This document shows, piece after piece, positions 1 to 8,954 of a DNA stretch of 64,000 nt (within the stretch, counting starts at the first letter, position 1; each line of letters opens with the position of its first letter). The notes under the pieces are model-generated. The model worked only from the letters and a program-made list of their open reading frames with translations. It was not told the DNA's origin and did no database searches. The stretch comes from Octopus sinensis (lineage: Eukaryota): contig NC_043010.1 of the NCBI RefSeq assembly GCF_006345805.1, positions 34,410,001 to 34,474,000 of the forward strand. Reading direction: 5' to 3'. The position numbers and the translations under genes are program-made.

Positions 1-615
1 GTGTATATATATGTATATACGTGTGTATATGTGTGTATATATGTGTATATACGTGTGTATATGTGTGTGTATATGTGTATATACGTGTGTATACGTGTGT
101 GTATATGTGTATATACGTGTGTATACGTGTGTGTATATGTGTATATATATATGTATATACGTGTGTATATGTGTATATATATATGTATATACGTGTGTAT
201 ATGTGTATATATATATATGTATATACGTGTGTATATGTGTATATATATATGTATATACGTGTGTATACGTGTGTATATGTGTATATATATATGTATATAC
301 GTGTGTATATATATATGTATATACGTGTGTATACGTGTGTATATGTGTATATATATATGTATATACGTGTGTATATATATATGTATATACGTGTGTATAC
401 GTGTGTATATGTGTATATATATATGTATATACGTGTGTATATATATATGTATATACGTGTGTATATATATATGTATATACGTGTGTATATATATATGTAT
501 ATACGTGTGTATATATATATGTATATACGTGTGTATATATATATGTATATACGTGTGTATATATATATGTATATACGTGTGTATATGTCTATACATGTGT
601 GTATATGTGTATATA
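1..615. repeat. TA/TG-rich microsatellite/minisatellite (about 22-bp unit, e.g. gtatatacgtgtgtatatatat)
   Basis: Directly visible tandem low-complexity repeat. The overlapping MYIYV-type ORFs are by-products of it. Confidence 0.95.
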
Positions 616-617
616 TA

Positions 618-2234
618 CAGTTGCGGCCAAAATGTTCAGAACGGCATTGTTTTCGTCAGAAAAGTAGATATAATTTTTTATCAAAGTTGTTTTATATTCT
701 ATAATTTTCAGAGACAATAAATGCGATATTAATTGTTATTGCCTGCGATTTTGGTGTAATTTGAGAGGATAATACAAAAGTTATGGATGATTTAGTGATT
801 TACTGCCAAACCCATGGCGGCCAAAATGATCAGAACGGTTGCTTTTACTCCGTGTTTTAGTATATTTATCCGCCGAACTCTAATGTTTTGAATTTGTTTA
901 CGTGACGGTTCGTTTACTAAACATTAGTAAGAATATTTGCAGTGTACTTTGTTAATATAATGCCACTTACTCCATTACCAATTCATCAGCAGATTATTAA
1001 GCTTCGAAGGAAGGATAATTTAAGTATTGGATCTATTGCAAAGATTGTTAACAAGTCAAAAAGTGTTGTACACGGTATTCTTAAGGCCTACGATGATTGT
1101 GGTTCGTGTGAAGCAAGAAAGTTTACAGGTAGGCCAAGAAAAACGACCAAGAGAGAAGATCGTGCTATAGTAAAGTTGGTTAAAAAGGACAGATTTAAAA
1201 CTGCTGCTGCTGTTTCTCGGAAAATGAGCATTGTATTGAAGAGAACTTTATCTCGAAAAACTGTGTCTCGTCGTTTAGTTGAACATGACCTACAAGCAAG
1301 AGCACCTGCAGTGAAGCCACTGATCAGCTCCAAGAATAAAAAGTGTCGTCTTACCTTTGCAACCAAACATGTGTTGTGGTCTCAAGAAAAATGGCAAACG
1401 GTGCATTTCAGTGATGAATCTAAGTTTATGCTATTTGGCTCAGATGGGAAAAGATTAGTAGGTGAAAAATTGTTGCCTAAATGCCTTAAGACTAGTGTTA
1501 AATTTGGTGGAGGAAGTGTCATGGTTTGGGGAATGATATCTGGAGATGGTGTGGGCCCTTTGGTGTGATTACATGGAAAGGTAAATGCAGGAGTTTATAA
1601 ACAACTTGTAAAAGATCATGTCTTGCCTGTGCTGAGAAATTCAACTAAGTGACCACCCATATTCATGCAGGACAATGCCCCATGCCACAAGGCTAAAGTG
1701 GTCATGAACTTCCTCAAGGCTGAAAAGGTTATTGTCATGGATTGGCCAGCTCAAAGCCCAGATCTCAATCCTATTGAAAATGTGTGGAATATTCTAGGAG
1801 AACGTTCGAAAGCCAGAAATCCTAAAACAACTGAGCAATTATGGAATGCCCTTCAGGAAGAATGGAATAAGATCACCCAGCAAGAAATTGAAAATTTAAT
1901 TTCCTCATGCAGTCGAAGATGTCAGAGTGTGATTGAAGCTAAAGGGCTTCACACTAAATATTAAATAATTCCAGTATTCTCTGTCATTTTTGATTATTTT
2001 GTTATTTTTTCAACCGTTGTGATCATTTTGGCCGCCATGGGTTTTGCAGTAAATCACTAAATCATCCATAACTTTTGGATTATCCTCTCAAATTACACCA
2101 AAATCTCAGACAATAACAATTAATATTGTATTTATTGTCTGTGAAAATTATAGAATATAAAACAACTTTGATAAAAAATTATATCTACTTTTCTGACGAA
2201 AACAATGCCGTTCTGAACATTTTGGCCGCAACTG
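618..2234 (+). mobile_element. Tc1-family DNA transposon, IR/DR type, full length (1617 bp), non-autonomous
   Basis: 224-bp terminal inverted repeats (618-841, 2011-2234; about 8 mismatches by eye) beginning CAGTTGCGGCC. TA target duplication at 616-617 and 2235-2236. Each TIR holds two direct repeats (GCGGCCAAAATG[T/A]TCAGAACGG at 623-644 and 817-838). Internal transposase. Confidence 0.97.
960..1964 (+). pseudogene. Tc1 transposase (DD34E) with two in-frame TGA stops
   Basis: ORFs 942-1568 and 1665-1964 are in the same frame. HTH region with GRPRK, then SDESKF, QDNAPCH and SPDLNPIE, with exactly 34 residues between the second D and E. Stops at 1566-1568 and 1650-1652. Probable short in-frame deletion after SDGKR. 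Confidence 0.95.
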
Positions 2235-2236
2235 TA

Positions 2237-2765
2237 TGTGTGTATATATGTGTATATACATGTATGTATGTGTGTATATGTGTATATATGTGTGTATATG
2301 TGTATATACATGTGTGTATATATGTGTATATACATGTATGTGTGTATATACATGTGTATATGTGTGTATACATGTGTATATATGTGTATATACATGTGTG
2401 TATATATGTGTATATACATGTGTGTATATATGTGTATATACATGTGTGTATATATGTGTATATACATGTGTGTATATATGTGTATATACATGTGTATATA
2501 CATGTGTGTATATATCTGTATACGTGTGTGTGTGTATATATATATGTATATACATGTGTTTATGTGTATGTGTGTGTGTATATATATATATGTATATACA
2601 TGTGTGTATATACATGTGTGTATATACACGTGTGTATGTGTATATGTGTGTATACACGTGTATATATGTATATACTATGTGTATATACGTGTGGATGTGT
2701 ATTTGCGTACATATATGTCTGTATTTATGTGTGTGTATATATAAATGTGTGTATCTGTGTACATA
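2237..2765. repeat. TA/TG-rich microsatellite/minisatellite (unit about tatacatgtgtgtatatatgtg)
   Basis: Directly visible tandem repeat on the right flank of the Tc1 element. Confidence 0.95.
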
Positions 2766-3116
2766 TGTCTGTGTATTGTCTCTTCTTGGTCAGCAAAGAT
2801 ATGTTTGTCCTGCATAAGCAATATGTCCTGTTGCTTGGTTGTTTGATGTGGGGAGACCTGTGAAATAAAGTACTTTACTTGAAAAGCAGTAAGGCTTGGC
2901 ATCTAGAAGGGCAGCCAATAGCAGAATACAGTCTCAAGAAGTCTCATTCAACCCATGCCAACATGGAAAAACTAAATATATGAATATTGATGATTATATT
3001 TTGTGTGTATGTACATTTGCCCTACTACATTTTTTTTAAAGCCAATCTTTATATGATTGTAAACATTGCCCTGTAACTCTTCCAAAAGGTAAACTTGTTT
3101 TTCTCTTCACTTACAG

Positions 3117-3218
3117 AATCCCTTTCTAAGAAAGAAGTTATTATTCAGGAAGAGGAGAACAAAATCCGTGCTATTCGGGATGCTAGGATCAAACAAGAGA
3201 CTGATGCTGCTGTAGCAG
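3117..3218 (+). CDS. ATP5ME: ATP synthase subunit e, mitochondrial: penultimate exon (phase 1-1), xSLSKKEVIIQEEENKIRAIRDARIKQETDAAVA
   Basis: Acceptor ttctcttcacttacag| and donor G|gtgtgt; 102 nt open in phase 1. The peptide resembles the recalled C-terminal half of invertebrate subunit e (LSKKE...KA.RDAK..E....AE..AL). The N-terminal exon(s) lie left of the window. Assignment is from recalled similarity, not a search. Confidence 0.75.
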
Positions 3219-3562
3219 GTGTGTTGACTTTTTGATTAATTACTTTGTGATTGGACATTTAAATAAATTACTTGTTGACTCTTATCTTCCATATCTAATT
3301 TAGTGACCTCCACAAACATTACTTAAAATAGTTCAATCTGAAGTTGAGGAAGGACAGATCTCATAGAATTTCCATACTGGTGAAGTTGTTGCTGCCAGTA
3401 TTGTTGTGTAGTGTCAGACTAGCAGTTAACCCTTTAGCATTTAAACCAGCTATAGTTGGGCAAAATATTCTACCTGTTCAAACCAACCAGATCCAGCTTC
3501 TCACACCAACCTTACGATATCATTCTAAAAATTAATAGTTAGCGTGTGTATACACGTATATA

Positions 3563-3724
3563 GGCGTAGGAGTGGCTGTGTGGTAAGTAGCTTGCTTATC
3601 AACCACATGGTTCCGTGTTCAGTTCCACTGTGTGGCACCTTGGGCAAGTGTTTTCTACTATAGCCTCGGGCTGACCAAAGCCTTGCGAGTGGATTTGGTA
3701 GACAGAAACTGAAAGAAGCCCATC
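3563..3724 (+). mobile_element. tRNA-derived SINE (abundant octopus-type family) in the ATP5ME intron
   Basis: Head ggcgtaggagtggctgtgtggtaagtagcttgc with B-box-like gttcagttcc. Near-identical to copies at 5443, 7369 and 12050, and to reverse copies at 14380-14545 and 49850-50005. Confidence 0.85.
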
Positions 3725-4328
3725 ATATATGTGTATATATATGTATGTGTGTGTATATGTTTGTACATTATCCAGTGTGTTCTTTTATGTATGACTGTAA
3801 CATATAATCTAAAGGAGATTTAGCTGTTATTTTTAACAAGTAAAATTACCTTTACCATGTAGAGCCTTCTCTGGCTATGTATGGTTACAATGAAAAGTAA
3901 ATTTAGGGATTGCATCCTAAGCCTTGATGTTGAATATTAGAATATTGAAGTGTGTTTTGAAGAGAATTTCAAACACTAGTAAAGGTATTATATACACTGT
4001 TTACATTAGTTGGAACAATATCCTCATCTTGATCATTGCTTTCACTACATTTTGGCTGTGTATGCTCCAGCCTTCATTGTCTTGCGAAAACAACAATCAA
4101 GATGAGGACACAAGTTCAACTAATAATGTAAACAATGTCCATGATATAAATTCCTCACGTCACAAGTAAAAAATTGTACAAGTAATGGAATTTTGGCATC
4201 ATTCAATGATCAATCTTAGAACTAAGTAAAATATACTTTTCTGAAAATGGAATGTTTCACTTATTTTCTTATATTTGTTGTTTAAAATTTTCAGTAATTT
4301 TAATTACAATTTTTTATTTATTTTACAG

Positions 4329-4372
4329 CTGAAATGGCAGTTTTAGGAAAAGAATTTGGTGTGACAAAATAA
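4329..4372 (+). CDS. ATP5ME: ATP synthase subunit e: terminal coding exon, AEMAVLGKEFGVTK*
   Basis: Acceptor ttttttatttattttacag|; phase 1 matches the previous exon. Ends TAA TAG TAG, followed by poly(A) signals. Confidence 0.75.
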
Positions 4373-4447
4373 TAGTAGCCATCTATATTTTTTGTATCCA
4401 CCTTGTATGTAACTGATTTGTTTTACTATGTATAGACATTAAAAGAC

Positions 4448-4464
4448 AATAAAGTGAGAATAAA
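4448..4464 (+). terminator. Two AATAAA polyadenylation signals of ATP5ME
   Basis: AATAAA at 4448-4453 and 4459-4464, 76-92 nt after the stop, followed by a T-rich stretch. Confidence 0.6.
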
Positions 4465-4807
4465 TGTTTGAAAATATCTGTTATTTATCTTTATTTAATT
4501 CTCAGTGTGTTAATATTCTACATTTTTACTTAAATTGTTGGGATATATATAAAGGCAGTTGTTTTCTTAGTTTTAGTTGGCCTGAATTAAGCTGACCTAT
4601 GATTATAAAGATTCAGCTGTAACCTTAATTTTTCTTTAAAAGACAGTAGGGTGTGAGATGAGAGTAGAGTGATTTGGTTGCTGTTTCTGAGTTCTGCCTA
4701 TTCCAGGTAGATTTAATTTGATTTAATCAACCACTAAATTTGTAGATTTGTGTCAATCTTAGAAATCAATAATATTGGACATTATATACTATCTCACTCT
4801 CTATAAG

Positions 4808-5095
4808 AGGATAAAGGGTAAAGACCCCCTTGGTCATAAATGACTATGAGATTGCACCTAGAAAGTTCCCCTGTGAAGCACAAGTTTGGGCAAGGTTGTT
4901 TGTGGAAGACCAGCAGTCACCCATGTATACTAACCTCCCCTCTCCATACCACCAATGTTGTCCAAGGGATACAGCTTGGCACCAGTAATGCTGCAACTCA
5001 TTTCTACAGCTGAGTGAATTGCTCAAAAGCACAGCACAGTCTGGTCTGGGAATTGAACTCACTACCTCATGATTGTGAGCCTGACATTCACATGC
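4808..5095 (-). mobile_element. SINE (second family), reverse orientation
   Basis: Reverse complement matches the + copy at 55185-55515 (tRNA-like head, cactcagctgtagaaatgagtt core, ctaggtgcaatc..gtcatt..tgac tail). Confidence 0.75.
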
Positions 5096-5290
5096 ACCTC
5101 TATAAGTAGTGACAAGTATATGAATATAATCATTTACTTTGGCTACATAACAGGGACATGCTTGTTGATTGCACAAGCTGCACAACTGCATTAGGTGCAT
5201 AACTAGCATGTTTGTATATAAGGAATTGCAGTGAAACTAGTAACACAAACAAAAAATACATTTCATGTGTTATGCTGACAGAAGACTTAC

Positions 5291-5345
5291 CTTTAATAGA
5301 GATGGAATAAAATAAATACCAAAGCAGTAGGATTAATATAATCAT
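5291..5345 (-). CDS. Exon of an unidentified spliced transcript; frame 0 reads MIILILLLWYLFYSISIK(G) (hydrophobic)
   Basis: Strong acceptor ttttctcttttttctttag| and donor AAG|GTAAGT. Only frame 0 is open through to the donor. Confidence 0.5.
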
Positions 5346-5442
5346 CTAAAGAAAAAAGAGAAAACTGATATGATTAATACAGGTTTCAAAATTTTCTAAA
5401 ATTTTACTATGTACTAATATTATGGCTTTCTTTCGTTTTAAT

Positions 5443-5835
5443 GGGTGCAGGAGTGGCTGTGTGGTAAGTAGCTTGCTTAGTAACTACATGGATCCAGGTT
5501 CAGTCCCACTGCGTGACACTGTGGACAAATGTCTTCTACTATAGCCTTGGGCCGACCAAAGCTTTGTGAGCAGATTTAGTAGACAGAAACTGGAAGAAGC
5601 AAAGCCTGTTTGTGTGTGTGTATGTATGTATGTATATATAATATAATAATATAAATATATATTTGTGTATATGTCTTCCCCCCACCATCACTTGACAATC
5701 GATGTTGGTGTGTCCCTGTAACTTAGTGGTTCGGCAAATGAGACTGATAGATTAATTCCTGGGGTGAATTTGTTCGACTGAAGGCAGTGCTCCAGCATGG
5801 CCGCAGTCAAATGACAAACAAAAGAATAAAAGAAC
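5443..5835 (+). mobile_element. Composite SINE (tRNA-like head, microsatellite spacer, conserved tail ending aaaagaataaaagaa)
   Basis: Same head as 3563. The tail (gctccagcatggccgcagtcaaatgac) recurs in reverse at 14160-14300 and 49605-49760. Confidence 0.8.
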
Positions 5836-5878
5836 ATTTTATTTATACATAAAATAATGGAATCAAATTTTTACTTAC

Positions 5879-5967
5879 TTTTGTCGTTTGAAGCCATTCT
5901 TTGAATATAGCTTTATATCTGGCCTCTTCATTGATATTTTGTGAAGTCTTGTTTCCTTGCTGATAGG
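5879..5967 (-). CDS. Exon of the unidentified transcript; phase 1-0 reads xYQQGNKTSQNINEEARYKAIFKEWLQTTK
   Basis: Acceptor cattgttcttttag| and donor AAA|GTAAGT; 89 nt, frame-compatible with the neighbouring exons. Confidence 0.45.
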
Positions 5968-6368
5968 CTAAAAGAACAATGCAGTAGCCAATACCAATGC
6001 AATGAGGATCAACACCAAATTGCACTTTATTGTTTTTCCATAATAAAAGAGAGAATGGGCTACATTGGAACAGAAAAGAAAACTGATGCCTAATAACTTG
6101 AAGATGCAAGTGGATTTGAAGGAAGGAAGCACTTCTGTTTCCATGTTACAATAAGACAATGACCTGAACTCAGGGAATGGTTGGGTTTCACAATGATCTG
6201 TTGGCTTGATGGGGCCTTGAGAAGGTAATATGGAAAGTACACATGAAAGAAAGTTCCTAATATACAAAGGATTTATGGAATCGTTTTGAGGCATGAAGAT
6301 GACAATGTATAATGTTCTCTGTGGAGGCAGGGTGTTGTGGATTTGTAGCCAGATTCACTACGCCTTAC

Positions 6369-6416
6369 CTGGCTGGTATTCGTTGTAGGAAGAACAGTAG
6401 AAGAGTGATTCGTGAA
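6369..6416 (-). CDS. Exon of the unidentified transcript (48 nt; all frames open; phase 1-1 reads xHESLFYCSSYNEYQP)
   Basis: Acceptor tttctgtttccccttctag| and donor CAG|GTAAGG. Coding versus 5'UTR status is unresolved. Confidence 0.45.
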
Positions 6417-7065
6417 CTAGAAGGGGAAACAGAAAATGCTTCATAACGAATACGGTATAGGCTTATAAGAGAAAGATGAAAACAGAGCAGAGAACTAATC
6501 TTCAGTGAGTAAATAAATGAAACAACTTAGTTCATGGTAGGTGTGATGGCTAACTCAGTAAGAGAGGAGAAAAGTGTGCTACAATGTGGACTAGAAGAAA
6601 TCTGGTCGTTCTGTGGACGTTGATGCTGTTCGCGTTCACTGGAGAAGAAAATACTGTCGAAAGTATTGTGATCTTTGGAGGTAAATTGAAAAAATTCCTC
6701 TATGCAAGAAGTAAAACATACGATAAACCAGGGATGCAACCTTAAAGAACTGTATGTAAGGGAGGTAATTCTGCAGTAAACTGCTATGGGAGATGATTCT
6801 GTCTGAGTGATCTGAGTACATAGTTTATATCTATCAAGTGATTATTACTATACTTAGTGCGATAACCTCCACCCCTCCAAAAAACTAAAAAGTTTTGAAA
6901 CTCAGGCGAAATGTATGTGTAATTTTAAGGTTATTGAATTCTAATATAAACACAAGATCCTAAATCTATTAATAGCTGTGTGTGTGTACATGCGTTGGTG
7001 CTTATTAAGGTAAGCTAAATTATTTACTAATGCAATTTCGCTTATCGATTTTACGTGTTGCTTAC

Positions 7066-7150
7066 TGGTTATTGTGCAGTCATGCTGCAGCAGACGGGGA
7101 AGTTTTTCTGTTGTCCAAAATTATGTTTTCTGCTTCGGCTGCCAGGCACG
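7066..7150 (-). other. Candidate first (non-coding) exon/promoter region of the unidentified - strand transcript
   Basis: Donor CCA|GTAAGC at 7066/7065 in a locally CpG-richer stretch. Contains only a mini-ORF (MTAQ*). The 5' boundary is a guess. Confidence 0.3.
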
Positions 7151-7368
7151 AATGATATAAAAAGCTTTTGGTAATCATAAAGGCCGTTGGTTTACTTCAT
7201 TATAGGGTTGCCATACGTCCATATTTCCTAGGACATGCCTTGGATTCAGGTGTCAAGATTTTCGTCCAGGGAGTATTTTTAAAAGTGTACAAATATCTGG
7301 AATTTCAGTTTCCATCACTTGAAAAATTATATGATTCACCAGTAGTTAGGTATGAGAAAAACCACGCA

Positions 7369-7660
7369 CGCACGCATGCATGGCTGTGTGGTAAGAAGTT
7401 TGCTTCTCAACAGCATCTTTTTGGGTTCATTTCCATTGCGTGGCACCTTGGACAAGTGTCTCTTCTGTAATCTTGGGCCAACCAAAGCTTTCTTAGTGGA
7501 TTTAGTAGACAGAAACTGAAAGAAGTCCATCGTATATATACATATTGGCCTGCTCACTTAGCCAGCAGGGTGGTATCATTTGAAGGCTAAAACAATGTGA
7601 AGCACATTGTGACCAGCGATGTGTAGCAACATCTGATAGCCTGGTCGGTCATGTGATCAA

Positions 7661-7665
<5 letters not shown>
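7369..7665 (+). mobile_element. SINE head plus associated tail repeat
   Basis: Head as at 3563. The segment 7545-7660 recurs inverted at 63812-63915. Confidence 0.75.
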
Positions 7666-7708
<43 letters not shown>

Positions 7709-7712
<4 letters not shown>

Positions 7713-8954
7713 GTTGGCAAGAAAGTAATTTTGTTTTTTGCAAAGAGTTTTTTGGAATAACTTTTTTTATGATTTTTTTTCCCTTTTGACATTTGATAGC
7801 CATTACTTTTAGCTTACTTTAGAAACAAATTGCACATAATTTTGTTTACGGCTGTTAGTTCAGTGTCAATTGCAAAAATGAACATTTTTGCTATATTTTG
7901 CTTTTTTATTACTGTAAAGACAAGAAAGCTGCTGAGGTTCACAAAGAGATATGTGAAGTTTATGGTGTTGATTGCTTAACAGAACACACATGTCAGAAAT
8001 GATTTGAAAAATTATGTTCTGAAGATTTTTCACTCAAAGACAACCAGCATTCTGGTCAACCTACTGAAGTAAATGATGACCAAATCAAAACCATAATTGA
8101 ATCTGATTGTGATATAATTGTGCAAGAGATTGTAGAGAAGTTAAATGTATCACAAACAACAATTGAAAATCACTTAAATTGTCTTGGACTCGTTAAGATT
8201 CCACATTAATTGAAAGAGATTCACTTAACACAATGAATCAATATTTGCGATATGCATATCAAATGCAATGAAATCAACCTTTTTTTGAAACGAACCATTA
8301 CTGGTGATGAAACATGGATTGTCTACAATAACATCAATTGAAAACGATCATGATCCAAGCGTAAAGAACCAACACAAGCCACATCAAAAACTACATTTTA
8401 TCAAAAAAATGGTCACGCTGTCAATTTGGTGGGATTATAAATCATCATCATCATCATCATCATTTAGCGTCCGTTTTCCATGCTAGCATGGGTTGGACGG
8501 GTCAACTGGGGTCTGTGAAGCTGGAAGGCTTCGTCAGGCCCAGTCAGATCTGGCAGTGTTTCTACGGCTGGATGCCCTTCCTAACGCCAACCACTCTGCG
8601 AGTGTAGTGGGTGTTTTTTACGTGCCACCAGCACAGGTGCCAGACAGAGCTGGCGAACGGCCACGAACGGATGGTGCTTTTACGTGTTATATTTTGAGCT
8701 GGAACCAAACAATCAATGAAGATGTTTACTGTCAATAACTAATGAAACTGGAGGAAGCAATGAAAGAAAAATGGCCATCATAAAGGAATTGTGTTCCATC
8801 ATGGCAATGCTAGATCACACACATCTTTGCTAACGTGTGAAAAAGTATTGGAGCTTGGTTGGGAAGTGATGTTACATCCACCATATAGCCTTTGTATGAA
8901 AAGAATGACTTTGATTTCACACTAAAAACCAAAATTACTTTCTTGCCAACTCAA
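7709..8954 (+). mobile_element. Decayed mariner transposon with a 3' internal deletion and a nested retroposon
   Basis: TIRs ttaggttggcaagaaagtaatttg / caaaattactttcttgccaactcaa with TA flanks. Remnant motifs ITGDETWIVY, LSIWWDYK, LGWEVMLHPPYS. Colinear with the copy at 50100. Confidence 0.9.
8445..8690 (-). mobile_element. Retroposon 3' fragment with (ATG)n tail inserted in the mariner
   Basis: Interrupts the transposase between WWDYK and FELEPNQTINEDVYCQ. Contains acggctggatgcccttcctaacgccaacc; related copies at 56205-56470 and 60990-61170. Confidence 0.75.

Noticed and set aside
1-2863. Long ORFs rich in Y/I/C/V/M/H/T (1-720, 2126-2863 and overlapping frames)
   Set aside because: Translations of TA/TG microsatellite, which lacks stop codons in most frames. 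The same applies to similar ORFs at 17030, 20619, 26131, 49435 and 59454.
5968-6294. 108-aa minus ORF (MPQNDS...LATALFF)
   Set aside because: Ends on the AG of the 5967 acceptor, with its hydrophobic end derived from the pyrimidine tract. No acceptable upstream splice or start context, and no recognisable family.
7203-7275. TAGGGTTGCCA terminus resembling a hAT-Blackjack end
   Set aside because: Only one end was found, with no partner TIR or TSD.
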